DNA of 64,000 nt from Eledone cirrhosa. Its lineage: Eukaryota. Of this stretch, positions 13,577 to 27,924 are shown piece by piece. How positions within the stretch are numbered: position 1 is the stretch's first letter; every line of letters starts with the position of its first letter. The notes beneath the pieces were generated by a model. That model did no database searches, was not told the origin of the DNA, and saw only the letters and a program-made list of their open reading frames with translations. The DNA lies in the NCBI GenBank assembly GCA_964016885.1, contig OZ024747.1, positions 21,948,001 to 22,012,000 of the forward strand. The letters are read 5' to 3'. The translations under genes were made by a program, and so were the position numbers.

Positions 13577-13895
13577 ATGGCCGAATTAAGTCTCGGGTTC
13601 GATTCCACTACGTGGTATCTTGGGCAAGTGTCATAGACTTGGGTAGACCCACGTCTTTTGTGTGAAATAGGGTAGACAGAAACTGTTTGGAAGTCCGTCC
13701 GATGGACAGTATCTGTAATTTAAAATGCCAACCTTGTCACACACTATGTCACATTTAATCTCCCTGAGAATTACATTAAGAGTACATGTGAGAGGAATGC
13801 TCAGCCACTTACACGTTAATTTCACGAACAGATTTTTCTGTTGATCGTACAACTGGAACCTTCATTCATCGCCGAAAGCGACGGAGGTCCATCGA
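13577..13895 (+). mobile_element. SINE family 2 (tRNA-derived)
   Basis: B box gggttcgattcc then cttgggcaagtgtc...gaaactgtttggaag...gctcagccacttacacgttaatttcacg; homologues near 19335, 29240, 32430, 40785. Confidence 0.75.
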
Positions 13896-14074
13896 CTGAT
13901 TTGTTGGCAAGCACAATCACATAAAGGTAACCTAGCGTCTTGCAGACTCTGCAATCTAGTTTCAATTCTTGACTAAAATAATTTCCTGATTAATTTTTTA
14001 AAAATTTACTAATAAATTAAGTCAAGGATGTCATAAATATCATAGATTCGTTAGCACATTATAATATATTATAG

Positions 14075-14250
14075 GGTGTATCAGTAGACGGTCGGACGCC
14101 ATGCTTTCCAACATAGTTACGTCCCTTTACAGTCTGAGTTCAAATCCCGCCGAGGTTAACTTTGCCTTTCATCCTTACAGGGTTGATAAAATAAAGTTCC
14201 AGTAATGTACTGGGTAATTGCTGTCCTTGTGCCAAAATAGAAACAATTAT
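14075..14250 (+). mobile_element. SINE family 1
   Basis: Family consensus match. Confidence 0.85.
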
Positions 14251-15785
14251 AATATATTATAAGCTTTCAGCTTCCATAAGAAAAACATCTTGCTTACCCT
14301 TTTAAATATGCTGAAACACTGAAACAGCAAGACTCGTGACCCTTTTTAGAGGCCCTTTGACTACTAGGAGAGCGGAGACCTGATCTGAATGCCTTCAATA
14401 GAATGGATCCTCTTAAAGGTACCAAAGGGAGCCAGGTGGTGGTATTAAATAGAGCAGTGAACTAAGTTTATGTGCAGCTGCGCACGTATATTTTAAGTTT
14501 CTGAACGTGAAATGTCAGATATCTACCAACTCCTATCAGCTCCAATATTATTCCGCGAACGAGATAAGAGTTTTTTTCTCCTATCAATATTATTCTTTAA
14601 ATGTTGAGTGTCTAGTGTCTAGAAATACAAAACCGAAAGTGCTTCTACGTAGTCACTCGACCTGCTAGAAATATCATCCAAATCTCCCTCAAATTACATC
14701 ATTTATTTATGAAATGTACTACATATTGGATAAGCATTAATAATCCGACCTTCAGAATAAGTTGATTAATTATGGCCGACTTCGGATTTAAATATCAACA
14801 CCATTTTTATAGAATCTAAGCTGTGCAGAAATATTTTTTTTAAATTAAGGATGAAAAGCAAACGTTAAAGATATAATAGACTTTCAAGTTTAATGATCCG
14901 TTTTGCATCCAAACCTTATTTTATGTTTAATTTTTTCATTTAATTTATAGCGTTTATAGTCCTTTCCAATACTACTTTCTTTTTCTATATGCTTGACTGA
15001 ATATTAAATTCTTTATTATTTTTATGCAATTTTATCCTAGAAAATTGAGTATTTTGAAAGAAAATAATATTTCATTTATTTATTATTATTATTATTATTT
15101 TTTTTTTTTATTAATTCTCGGTTTGTTTTTGGCATTTTATAAAATTGAAAAACAAGGTCTATTTTCATCTGGTCTCAACTGAAAAAATATGATGTATTTT
15201 CTATATGATAAAGTGTTTTTTACTAAATAATTTAAGTATGATAAAGCGAAGTTAAATTGCAATGAAATGCAAAAAATGAAAAAAATAAAAAATGAAGGAT
15301 GATATTTTGACTATTCAACACATGGGATCTATTTTCTTTAGACACTCTATCGACAAAATAAATATTTTCCTCGACTAGACGTAAGAAATTTCATATCTTA
15401 TCTGTAATACACCACACCCAAAAGGTATGTATAGGTAGGGTGTCATGCTTAATGGGAATTTGATTTGGCCCCGGAAAAAAAATCGACGCACTTTTACAGT
15501 AACCTTTCTCTGTTCAAGTCTTTTCTTGTAGTTGTTGTTGCTCTTGTTGTGACTATTTAGTCCCCAGGTCAGTCATGGTCCAGTAGATCTTTCATCCAAA
15601 GCAATCCAACTGTGGCCCTCTTATCTTTATATATATATATATGTTATATATATATATATATGTTATATATATATATTTATATATATATTATATATATATA
15701 TATATTATATATATTAATAAGAGGAATTCCAACTTTGTCTGATTTACTCGTTTTATTTACAATTATATATATATATATATATATG

Positions 15786-15822
<37 letters not shown>

Positions 15823-15833
15823 ATATATATATG

Positions 15834-15908
<75 letters not shown>

Positions 15909-15915
15909 ATATATA

Positions 15916-15983
<68 letters not shown>

Positions 15984-16013
15984 ATATATATATTTATATA
16001 TATGTTATATATA

Positions 16014-16063
<50 letters not shown>

Positions 16064-16079
16064 ATATATATATATATAA

Positions 16080-16117
<38 letters not shown>

Positions 16118-16185
16118 TATATATATATATATATATATATGTTATATATATATATATATAAATATATATATAAATATATATAAAT

Positions 16186-16280
<95 letters not shown>

Positions 16281-16290
16281 AATATATATA

Positions 16291-17068
16291 GTATAAAGGA
16301 TACTATTTATGGTTATGTATATACTAAAACTTTTTATAGTTATATATATTTTCAACCCTAAACATTGAAAGACAGTAATTTATTGCTACCTTATTACCAG
16401 TAAGATAAATAGCTCAATGTAATAAGATCAGTTGTTCTACAGAGCAGTTATATAGAATTCACAGGAATCAAAGCTATGTTCAAAGCATTTATTAACTTAC
16501 AATTGTTTCATCCAAACCGAGGCTTGGAGTCTTCGGAGCATTTTTCAATATTTGTACACATAATTGACCTCCTTTCCAATGCAAGAGACATACAGATACA
16601 TATGTATATATTGATGTACAGTGGGGTGACATATATTATATTATTTCTGAATGGCAATTTAAATTCAAAATCAAAATCACATTAAAACAGAATCAAAGCA
16701 AAATTAAAAGTAAAATACAACATCAATGCAAAATTAAAATACAATCGGCAGTTAACGTAGTGTTGTGAGGGGTTTTCTAAAAGTTTTAAAGCCGAAGGAG
16801 TCGAATTTGTTAGTATTATCAACCTTGTTAGATTTGTTTTTATCATAATGGAATGTCCTCCATCTCACTCTATTGATAAAGGAGTTGACACTGTTGATCA
16901 ATAATTTCTCATATGTATTCTTGGATGGTATTGGTATGTTCTTGGTTGACATAGGGAGTTGGTCTTTGATCAGCATACTGGCAATTTATTTATGTTAGCT
17001 CAACAGTATGGAGCAGTTAATAGTATAAATGATACTATTTATGGTTATGTATATACTAAAACTTTTAT
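16291..17068 (-). mobile_element. Penelope-like element 5' fragment between (TA)n tracts, with ~45-bp terminal direct repeats
   Basis: gtataaa(g/t)gatactatttatggttatgtatatactaaaactttt at 16291 and 17023; contains a PLE-like N-terminal ORF. Confidence 0.6.
16752..16976 (-). pseudogene. N-terminal fragment of a Penelope-like element ORF
   Basis: STKNIPIPSKNTYEKLLINSVNSFINRVRWRTF...FGFKT resembles the pre-RT N-terminal region of PLE proteins (recognised from memory, not searched). Confidence 0.6.
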
Positions 17069-17074
17069 GCTATA

Positions 17075-17111
<37 letters not shown>

Positions 17112-17124
17112 GTTTTATATATAT

Positions 17125-17201
<77 letters not shown>

Positions 17202-17309
17202 ATATATATATATATATATATATAATGATGAATTATGAAAAGGACACAAATATAATTAATAATTGAATAACATTTAAAAACTTATTTGATAGATTGGAAT
17301 AAATCAATA

Positions 17310-18110
17310 ATCATTTCTAATTTAGACACAAAGCAAACAATTTGTGGGAAGCGGAAAATCGATACTTTATTTTATCGACCACGAAAGGATAAAAGGCGAA
17401 GTTGACCTCGGCGGAATTTGAACTCAGAACTTAGAAAGTCGTAACTAAACATCACAAAGTATTTTGTCCTACGTTCCATCGATACTGCCAATCCATCGAC
17501 CTTTTCTTTAAAAAATGGTTTCTGATTTAAGCACAATACAAATAATTTTGTGGATGAAAGTCAAGAAACGTTGATTATAGATTTCGGATTTTTGTTGTTT
17601 CAAACGAGTTGCAAAGGATTCCTAATGGAATAAAAAAAAAAAGAAATTAAAAGGTTAAAACTTGAATATGGTCATCTTTAATAATAATGGTTTTTGATTT
17701 AGACACAGGTTCAACAATTTTAGAGGAGGGTAAAGTCGATTAAATCGACCCCAGTGCATTACTGGTAATTTATTTTATCGACCCCGTAAATATGAAAGGC
17801 AAAGCTAATCTTTGTAGGATTAGAACCCAGAACGTAAGAGTCGTAACTCAATGCCACAAAGCATGTTGTCCGACGCTCTACCGATGCTGCCAATCCAGCG
17901 CCTTACTCTTTTAAAATACTTGTTTCTGATTTAGGTACACGGCCAACAATTTTGGGGAGAAGGGAAATTCGATTAAAACGACCCCAATGCGCCACTGGTA
18001 CTTTATTGGCCCCATAAGGATGAAAATTAAAGCTAACCTCGGTGGGATTTGAATTCGGAACGTAAAAAGCCATAACTATATACCTCAAAACATTGTCTAT
18101 ACAGGGCTGA
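17310..18110 (-). mobile_element. Cluster of three SINE family 1 copies (~17310-17500, 17688-17903, 17920-18110)
   Basis: Family consensus match, same orientation. Confidence 0.8.
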
Positions 18111-19406
18111 CAGAGATAGAGTAGCTGATGCAGTAGATGTTTCAAGCCTTTCTCCGTGCAATGTTTTCGCCATTTGTCCGCGGGGGTGTGACTGTGATAT
18201 ACCGACAGTACTGGACTGTAGTCTGTCGCTTTCTCTTTCTTTTTCTTTATTATTTTAAAATATTTGTCTCTTTTTTTTCTCTCTTGCCGTAAACTGAACT
18301 ATATACTCAAATGAACAGAATCATTTGTACCTGAGATAAGCCTAACAGGAAATGAAATAAAATGGTGATTTTTGTTTTTATTAAACACAGGAAAAGTTTT
18401 ATAGGCTTTACATATCAAACGAAAGCGTGCAAATCTTCATTATTTGGAGTTTAAGTCAGCATTCTTAAAAAAAAAAAAGATTTAGGTTCTAAACTGCCAC
18501 GAATTTCTCCAATGATTACAGCACTTATATCTGTATGTTAGATTAAGATATACTCTGTGGCTAGATTCTACTTTTTCTAGCTTACGTATGTGATGAAGAA
18601 CGCCAAAGATTTAATCTCTATAACTTCCTTTTGCGATAGCAACGTGATTTCAACAGAAATCCTTAGTTTTCACGATGGACATTAAGAATATTAGTTTTCT
18701 AACTTCCAACACGAAAGATCGACTTACAATGCAAGCAAATACTTACTGAAAGGCAAAAAAAAAAAAAAAAAAAGAAATGATAAAAACAAAAGACAAAACA
18801 AAACTCACAGAATACAAGGCATTTGTGTATTAACATTACAGATGCGATGAAAATTTCCTGATATACATTTAGATAAATGTGTTAATCTGTAGAGCAAACG
18901 AAACGTTAGCCTATTTATATTTTTGTCTTCTTTTAATATGTGATTAAAAATAGTTTTGATATTCTCAATACAATATCAACTCCTACACACGCACATATAT
19001 AATATAATATATATATATGTGTGTGTATAATATATATATATATATGTGTGTGTATGTATAGAAGCCCCCCCTCCCCCCTCCACTTTTTCAAACGTCTATG
19101 TTTTATTTTTTGTTTATTTGATATATTAAATTCTTTTTAAGCCTATTTTTTTTATATTTGAACTTCATTTGAATATATAAAATTTAATTGGCGTAAAATG
19201 TTACTTATGTGATAGGGTCCGGGAAAGGCCCCATAAGCAATACTAACATGCTTCTTTAAGAATCAACAAATGTTGGTTTGTCCCCCTAACATTTTTAAAG
19301 CAAACCGGGCCCCTGTATGTATGTATTATTAGATGCCGGGTTCAATCTCACTGCACGCCATCTTGAGCAAGTATCATATGCCATAACCTCGGATTGATCA
19401 AGGCCT

Positions 19407-19452
<46 letters not shown>

Positions 19453-19457
<5 letters not shown>

Positions 19458-19670
19458 TAAAATAACAGATTAAAGTTTAAGCAAAGAATCGCTGCTTTCA
19501 CCCTTAACGGGATCTTCTATCCCGTTAAGGGTGAAAGCAGCGATTCTTTGCTTAAACTTTAATCTGTTATTTTAATAAATATTTGCTCTACGGTTCTTAT
19601 ATATTTGATATATATTTATCCTTATCGAGCCCTCTTTGGATTTTAGTCTTCAAATTTATTATTATTACTA
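19453..19670 (+). mobile_element. Penelope-like inverted+tail insertion, family B copy 2
   Basis: About 60-bp palindrome arms (19453-19582) plus ~88-nt tail; TA-type flanks. Confidence 0.65.
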
Positions 19671-19692
19671 TATCTATCTATCTATCTATCTA

Positions 19693-19765
<73 letters not shown>

Positions 19766-19953
19766 GAGTCCCGGGTTCAATAGGGGGTAACCACTGTAAG
19801 TAAGGTACTCAATACATTAGTAGAGTGTAAAGATCATGTTTAATATAGAAATGGCTTCTACAAGACTAGAACTGCTTCATTCAAAAGAAATCTTGATGCT
19901 TTCTTTTGAATGAAACAGTTCTAGTCCTGTAGAAGCTATTTCTATATTAAACA

Positions 19954-19956
<3 letters not shown>
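19766..19956 (-). mobile_element. Penelope-like inverted+tail insertion, family C
   Basis: Tail 19766-19832 and palindrome 19833-19956, (TA)n flanks; a diverged inverted copy of the tail lies at 20041-20090. Confidence 0.6.
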
Positions 19957-20022
<66 letters not shown>

Positions 20023-20470
20023 CGTGTGCGTGTGCGTATGTGTATTGGGTACCGTACTTACTGTGGTTACCTTCGATTGAACCCGGGACATTAACAACAA
20101 CATCAGCAACATCCATCAACATCATCATCAACAACATCGCCAACAACAACAACTACATCAGCAACATCACCACCACCACCACCACCACCACCACCACCAC
20201 CACCACCAACAACAACAGCAACAACAACAACACTATCAAATTTCATAACAACCCTCGCCCAAATACTATAGACGTATTTTGGGTAGAAATGACTAAACGA
20301 TCTACAATTCAGAAGTCATTAATTTCTAGTCCCTTTTTCGTCCCACAAAATTCACACGCCTTCATCAACCCCCCCCCACACACACACGCATACACACACA
20401 CACATACACACCCACACACAAATATATATATATATATATATATATATTTACATATATATTTATATATATA

Positions 20471-21304
20471 TAAATGGAATAGAATGAAACGCAATTTCAT
20501 TTCTCACTCCTAGTACGCCACTTACTTAAATGTAAGTATGTATGTATGTATAAGTACATACATATATGTATACAGACGTACAGTAGTATGTATATATATA
20601 CATACATGCACACACATATATATGCACGTATCGGTTCACCGAACATTTATTATAATGCTCGGTTTGTTTGTTTGTAAACAAACAAACAGCCCGAATTACG
20701 CCGTACAGTGTTTAGGCAACCACATCACCTTTTTGTTCAACACTGACACAGGAGCGATGTACTAGTTTCAAGCTTATTAGCTATCGTCAGCATCGTATAC
20801 CTTCCTGCCAGATGGTTGAACGTCTGAAAGTATATACTTTCCTTATGCATATTAACGGCTGAGCAGCCTAATTTGCATATCGAGTGAGTTCAGTCGGCCG
20901 GGCACATCGAAAACGATAAATGGAATAGAATGAAACGAAATTTCATTTCTCACTCCTAGTACGGCACTTGCTTAAATGTAAGTATGTATGTATGTATAAG
21001 TACATACATATATGTATACAGACAGTACAGTAGTATGTATATATATACATACATGCACACATATATATGCACGTATCGGTTCACCGAACATTTATTATAA
21101 TGCTCGGGTTGTTCGTTTGTACGGCGTAATTCGGGCTGTTTGTTTTGTTTACAAACAAACAAACCGAGCATTATAATAAATGTTCGGTGAACCGATACGT
21201 GCATATATATGTGTGTGTGCATGTATGTATATATATACATACTACTGTACGTCTGTATACATATATGTATGTACGTATACATACATACTTACATTTAAGT
21301 AAGT
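20471..21304. mobile_element. Second hammerhead-containing retrozyme-like insertion (446-bp unit, ~1.45 copies + inverted arm) in (TA)n
   Basis: Unit starts 20471 and 20917; inversion near 21118-21121; right arm stops ~49 nt short of the left terminus; HHR at 20755-20795. Confidence 0.8.
20755..20795 (-). ncRNA. Minimal type I hammerhead ribozyme
   Basis: cgaug CUGACGA u-agcu-aaua-agcu-u GAA ac-ua-gu A caucg; GUA triplet. Confidence 0.8.
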
Positions 21305-21307
21305 ATG

Positions 21308-21432
<125 letters not shown>

Positions 21433-21441
21433 ATAATAAAG

Positions 21442-21581
<140 letters not shown>

Positions 21582-21978
21582 AAAATCTTATATATATATA
21601 TATATATATATATAGTTTTGCGAGGTTTTTTATATGAAATCGTGTGTCGAAACAGATATTGTTATATTTGGGGAGGGTCATATTTGCGTAATATTGCCAG
21701 AATTAATAACAGAACACACTCACTGTTTGGTTGGTTTTCGCTTCTCGCTGTCTTTTATATATATATATCTGCGATCTAACTTACTCGGTCCTCAATGTTG
21801 CCATTGACTGACCGGCGGTCAAAAATAATACAGATACAATATAGACAAACACATATATATATAGTTTACATAATTTACATAAATCTTTCGTTGCACATCT
21901 GCAACATCGTCAGTGGTGTTATATTCATTGTTCCTCCTGTTGTGTTGTATGTCTACGCCATTTTTTTTTTGTTCAGTC

Positions 21979-23689
21979 TGGTGGTGGCGTTGTTGTTGGT
22001 GGTTGTTGTTGGTGGTGGTGGTGGCGGCGTTGTTGTTGGTGGTTGTTGGTGGTGGTGGCGGCGTTGTTGTTGGTGGTTGTTGGTGGTGGTGTTGGTGGTG
22101 GTGGCGTTGTTGGTGGTTGTTTGTGGTGGTGGTGGTGGCGGCGTTGTTGTTGGTGGTTGTTGGTGGTGGTGGTGGTGGCGGCGTTGTTGTTGGTGGTTGT
22201 TGTTGGTGGTGGTGGTGGTGGCGTTGTCGTTGGTGGTTGTTGTTGGCTGTGGTGGTGGTGGCGTTGTTGTTGTTGGTGGTGGTAACGTTGTTGTTGTTGT
22301 TGTTGGTGGTGGTGATGGTGGTGGTGGTGATGGTGGTGGTGGTGGTGGCGTTGTTGTTGTTGGTGGTGGTGGCGGCGTTGTTGTTGTTGGTTGTTGTTGT
22401 TGGTGGTGGTGGTGGTGGCGTTGTTGTTGTTGGTGGTGATGGTAACGTTGTTGTTGGTGGTTGTTGTTGGTGGTTGTTGTTCGTGGTGGTGGTGGCGTTG
22501 TTGTTGGTGGTTGTTGGTGGTGGTGGTGGTGGTGGTGGTGGCATTGTTGTTGGTGGTTGTTGTTGGTGGTGGTGGTGGTGGCGTTGTTGTTGGTGGTTGT
22601 TGGTGGTGGTGGCGGTGGTGGCGTTGTTGTTGGTGGTTGTTGGTGGTGGTGGTGGTGGCGGCGTTGTTGTTGGTGGTTGTTGGTGGTGGTGGCGGTGGTG
22701 GCGTTGTTGTTGGTGGTTGTTGGTGGTGGTGGTGGTGGCGGCGTTGTTGTTGGTGGTTGTTGGTGGTGGTGGTGGTGGCGGCGGCGGCGTTGTTGTTGGT
22801 GGTTGTTGTTGGTGGTGGTGGTGGTGGCGGCGTTGTTGTTGGTGGTTGTTGGTGGTGGTGGTGGTGGCAGCGTTGTTGTTGGTGGTTGTTGTTGGTGGTG
22901 GTGGTGGCGGCGGTGTTGTTGGTGGTTGTTGGTGGTGGTGGTGGCGGCGGCGTTGTTGTTGGTGGTTGTTGTTGTTGGTGGTGGTGGTGGTGGCGTTGTT
23001 GTTGTTGGTTGTTGGTGGTTGTTGGTGGTGGTGGTGGTGGTGGCGTTGTTGTTGGTGGTTGTTGGTGGTGGCGGCGTTGTTGTTGTTGGTTGTTGTTGGT
23101 AGTGGTGGTGGTGGCGGTGGCGGCGGCGTTGTTGTTGGTGGTTGTTGGTAGTGGTGGTGGTGGCGTTGTTGTTGGTGGTTGTTGGTGGTGGTGGTGGTGG
23201 CGGCGGCGTTGTTGTTGGTTGTTGGTGGTGGTGGTGGTGGCGTTGTTGTTGGTGGTTGTTGTTGGTGGTGGTGGTGGTGACGTTGTTGTTGGTGGTTGTT
23301 GTTGTTGTTGGTGGTGGTGGTGGCGTTGTTGTTGGTGGTTGTTGTTGGTGGTGGTGGTGGCGTTGTTGTTGGTGGTTGTTGGTGGTGATGGTGGTGGCGG
23401 CGTTGTTGTTGGTGGTTGTTGGTGGTGGTGGTGGTGGCGGCGTTGTTGTTGGTGGTTGTTGGTGGTGGCGGCGTTGTTGTTGTTGGTTGTTGTTGGTGGT
23501 GGTGGTGGTGGTGGCGGCGGCGTTGTTGTTGGTGGTTGTTGGTAGTGGTGGTGGTGGCGTTGTTGTTGGTGGTTGTTGGTGGTGGTGGTGGTGGCGGCGG
23601 CGTTGTTGTTGGTTGTTGGTGGTGGTGGTGGTGGCGTTGTTGTTGGTGGTTGTTGTTGGTGGTGGTGGTGGTGACGTTGTTGTTGGTGG

Positions 23690-23720
<31 letters not shown>

Positions 23721-24326
23721 CGTTGTTGTTGGTGGTTGTTGTTGGTGGTGGTGGTGGCGTTGTTGTTGGTGGTTGTTGGTGGTGATGGTGGTGGCGGCGT
23801 TGTTGTTGGTGGTTGTTGGTGGTGGTGGTGGTGGCGGCGTTGTTGTTGGTGGTTGTTGTTGGTGGTGGTTTGTGGCGTTGTTGTTGGTGGTTGTTGGTGG
23901 TGGTGGTGGAGGCGTTGTTGTTGTTGGTGGTTGTTGGTGGTGGTGGTGGTGGCGTTGTTGTTGTTGGTGGTGGTTGTTGGTGGTGGTGGCGGCGTTGTTG
24001 TTGGTGGTTGTTGGTGGTGGTGGCGGTGGCGTTGTTGGTGGTTGTTGGTGGTGGTGGTGGTGGTGGCGGCGTTGTTGTTGGTGGTTGTTGATGGTGGTGG
24101 CGTTGTTGGTGGTTGTTGTTGGTTGTTGGAGGTGGTGGCGGCGGCGTTGTTGGTGGTCGTTGGTGGTGGCGGCGGCGTTGTTAGCGGTTGTTGGTGGCGT
24201 TGTTGTTGTTGGCGGTTGTTGGTGGTGGTGGTGGCGGCGTTGTTGTTGTTGGTGGTGGTGGCGGTGGTGGTGGCGGCGTTGTTGTTTTTGGTGGTGGTGG
24301 TGGTGGCGTTGTTGTTGTTGTTGTTG
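21979..24326. repeat. 2.3-kb higher-order GGT/GTT/GGC simple repeat
   Basis: Recurrent (ggt)n-ggc-gttgttgttggtggttgtt blocks; plus strand almost free of A. Confidence 0.95.
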
Positions 24327-24597
24327 AAGTGTTAGGTGCATCAAATTGCGGATGCAATAATCGGTGACACCCATAAATGTATTTCAAACGTGATAATGAC
24401 CAGATTATATACACACACACGTCTACACACACACACATACATACACACACACATCTACACACACACAGACAAACATACATACACACACATACACGCGTCT
24501 ACACACACACAGACAAACATACATACACACACATACACGCGTGCATCTACATACATACAAACACGCATATGTATAGAGTGGGAGAAAGGGTGGAGAG

Positions 24598-24725
<128 letters not shown>

Positions 24726-24841
24726 GTGTTAGTAAAAAAAAGGAAAGAGAGATATTAAATGATTACATGGAATATGAGATTAAATACTGAAGATTCTTAG
24801 AAAAAGAAAACACCGCACACAGAAACATGCATTGAAACACA

Positions 24842-24958
<117 letters not shown>

Positions 24959-25255
24959 TCACTCACATACACACACACTCACACACACCTACACACATAC
25001 ACACACACACTCACACACACATACACACACACACACACACACACATACTCACTCACATACATACACACACTCACGCTCTCTCTCTCTCTCTCTCACACAC
25101 ACATATATATATATGTGTGTGTATGTGTATATATATATATACTCACACCCACACACATATATATATATATATACTCACACACGTATATATGTGTATATAT
25201 ATATATATATATACTCACACACACACATATATATATATATATACTCACACACATA

Positions 25256-25318
<63 letters not shown>

Positions 25319-25329
25319 TCACACACGTA

Positions 25330-25380
<51 letters not shown>

Positions 25381-25381
25381 T

Positions 25382-25417
<36 letters not shown>

Positions 25418-25429
25418 CTCACACACATA

Positions 25430-25502
<73 letters not shown>

Positions 25503-25522
25503 TCACACACATATATATGTGT

Positions 25523-25565
<43 letters not shown>

Positions 25566-25681
25566 CAGATACCCTTTGCTTAGTTTTTTTTCCACGATCC
25601 TCCACCCTATTTAATCAGTTTATTACTCACCAGGGATTAATATCCTGTTGAAGTGAATGGGTGCTTTACACTACTATACCT

Positions 25682-25830
25682 AATGGCTTCGTGGTAAGGG
25701 TGTTGGACTTACGATCATAATGTCGTGGGTTTGATTCCTGGACTGGGTTGTGTGTTGTGTTCTGGAGCAAAACACTTCATTTCACGTTGCTCCAGTATAC
25801 TCAGCCGAAAATGAGTACCAGCAGTGTGTG
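25682..25830 (+). mobile_element. tRNA-derived SINE (same family as 1-78)
   Basis: tggcttcgtggtaag...gggtttgattcctggac...gagcaaaacacttcatttcacgttgctccag. Confidence 0.6.
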
Positions 25831-26139
25831 TGTATGTGGTGGGGGCGGGGGAGTCCTGCGAAGGTCTGGTGTCTTGTTCTGTGGTGTGGGACTGGGTGTT
25901 GTGCTCTCAGTCGCTTCAGGTCAAGGAAACCGAGATAAGCACTGGTCTGATGAGACTCGGATCTTGAGACATACTTTCTACTAGAGAAACTATACTACTA
26001 TATCATTTAATATACCTCTATATAACTTATACATACTACAGTCGTCATTCACAATTGAGTATGACTTGGTGGTATGTACCATTCTTTCTCTAAGTGTTTT
26101 ACGTGTCAATGTAGTCATGAGCAGACACAGACTTCCTTT

Positions 26140-26586
26140 GGATCCTCACTCACTTGATCCAGCGGTACATCCAGGACGTGAACAGACGCATATATCCTCT
26201 TGATCCTCACTCCCTTGATCCAGCGGTACATCCAGGACGTGAACAGACGCATATATCCTCTTGATCCTCACTCACTTGATCCAGCGGTACATCCAGGACG
26301 TGAACAGACACATATATCCTCTTGATCCTCACTCCCTTGATCCAGCGGTACATCCAGGACGTGAACAGACGCATATATCCTCTTGATCCTCACTCACTTG
26401 ATCCAGCGGTACATCCAGGACGTGAACAGACACATATATCCTCTTGATCCTCACTCCCTTGATCCAGCGGTACATCCAGGACGTGAACAGACATATATAT
26501 CCTCTTGATCCTCACTCACTTGATCCAGCGGTACATCCAGGACGTGAACAGACACATATATCCTCTTGATCCTCATTCCCTTGATC
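26140..26586. repeat. 61-bp minisatellite x ~7.3
   Basis: ttgatcctcactc(a/c)cttgatccagcggtacatccaggacgtgaacagac(g/a)catatatcctc. Confidence 0.95.
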
Positions 26587-26589
26587 AAA

Positions 26590-26787
26590 GTTCAGCAATT
26601 TGGAGGAAGGAGAAAGTCGATTATATTGATCCCAGTACTTAAACTGGTATTTTAATTTATCGACCCCGGAAAGACGTTAGGCAAAGCTGACCCCGACGGG
26701 ATTTGAACTCAAAACGTAGAAAGCCCTAACTAAACACCAAATAACATTTTGTCAGACGCTCTACCAACATTGCCAATCCCTGCCCTT
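26590..26787 (-). mobile_element. SINE family 1
   Basis: Family consensus match. Confidence 0.75.
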
Positions 26788-27539
26788 AAATGGATAAATA
26801 TATGAACGGTATGTAATATATAGACTGTATATGATATATAAACTATATATGTTATGCGCTAAGCAGTCAAATTATATGAGAAATGGTTCCCTTGTTTAGA
26901 TGATATACATGCATTTTGATGAAAGCGCAACTCGGCTTAAAAATCCGTTAAAGGTGTTTATGATTTTTTTCAATTTCAAAGGAAATATGTATTTATTTCA
27001 AAGGAAATACGCATATTTACATGTGTAAATATATATACACATTTACATAGTTTCGGTTACTTCTGTTTTGTATATATACTTTTATATCTTTCTTATTGTA
27101 TAAAACATAACTAGATGCTATCAATCTCTAATATCTGTTTTAATGTTTTAGTGAAAACTTATCATTTGCTCTTATTTTGGGGTTCTTTCATTTCCTTCGG
27201 TCAAGTTACCAGAAGTTTACCAACAACTTACCGGAGAACACTTTAAATGGTGAGCCAACATAATAAACATTTAATCGGCCAATTGACAAGGCAATCAAAA
27301 TAGGAAAAAGGACAAAGTAAAATCTTGTAATTTTGTTACTAATAAATTACAAATTGTTGAACTAATATATCCTGTACAGTTGTAATAAACGAGTTGACGT
27401 AATCCTATTAAACATTAAATAGAACACCAGTCATTGTTTATGGTAGTCAGGACTGGCGTTACAATTAAAGCCGCCTCTGTGATACTCTTTACCTTAACGG
27501 ATCACAGTTTCATACACATTTGTATAATTAAAGTATTTG

Positions 27540-27690
27540 TACTGAGTTCAAGTCCCGTCGAAGTCAGAACAAATAAAGTCGATAAAATAAAGTACCAATA
27601 AAGTACCAATCTAGAACTGGGGATGACTCAACCAATTTTGCCCTTCCCCCAAATATGTTGACCTTTTGCCTAAATTAGAAATTAATATTA
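27540..27690 (+). mobile_element. SINE family 1 (degenerate)
   Basis: ctgagttcaagtcccgtcgaag...gataaaataaagtacc. Confidence 0.65.
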
Positions 27691-27924
27691 CCCCCCGTTC
27701 TCATACTTAATAATTATTTCCAAACTTCTTATTTTATGACTTTAATCTTCCGTCTACTCTGTTTAATACTGACAGTATTTATGTCACGTTTCAACACGTT
27801 GTATTAACCTACCTTGATTTATAGCATTTAGTCTTTAAACTGCTCTAGATTTGGGGCACTTATGAAAATATCTTCTTATAGTGCAATAAATAAATGAGTG
27901 CTGATGACTCATATAAGTATTAAT

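Noticed and set aside
21819-24374. 851-aa Q/H/P/T/N-rich ORF
   Set aside because: Simple repeat lacking stops in most frames; no domain.
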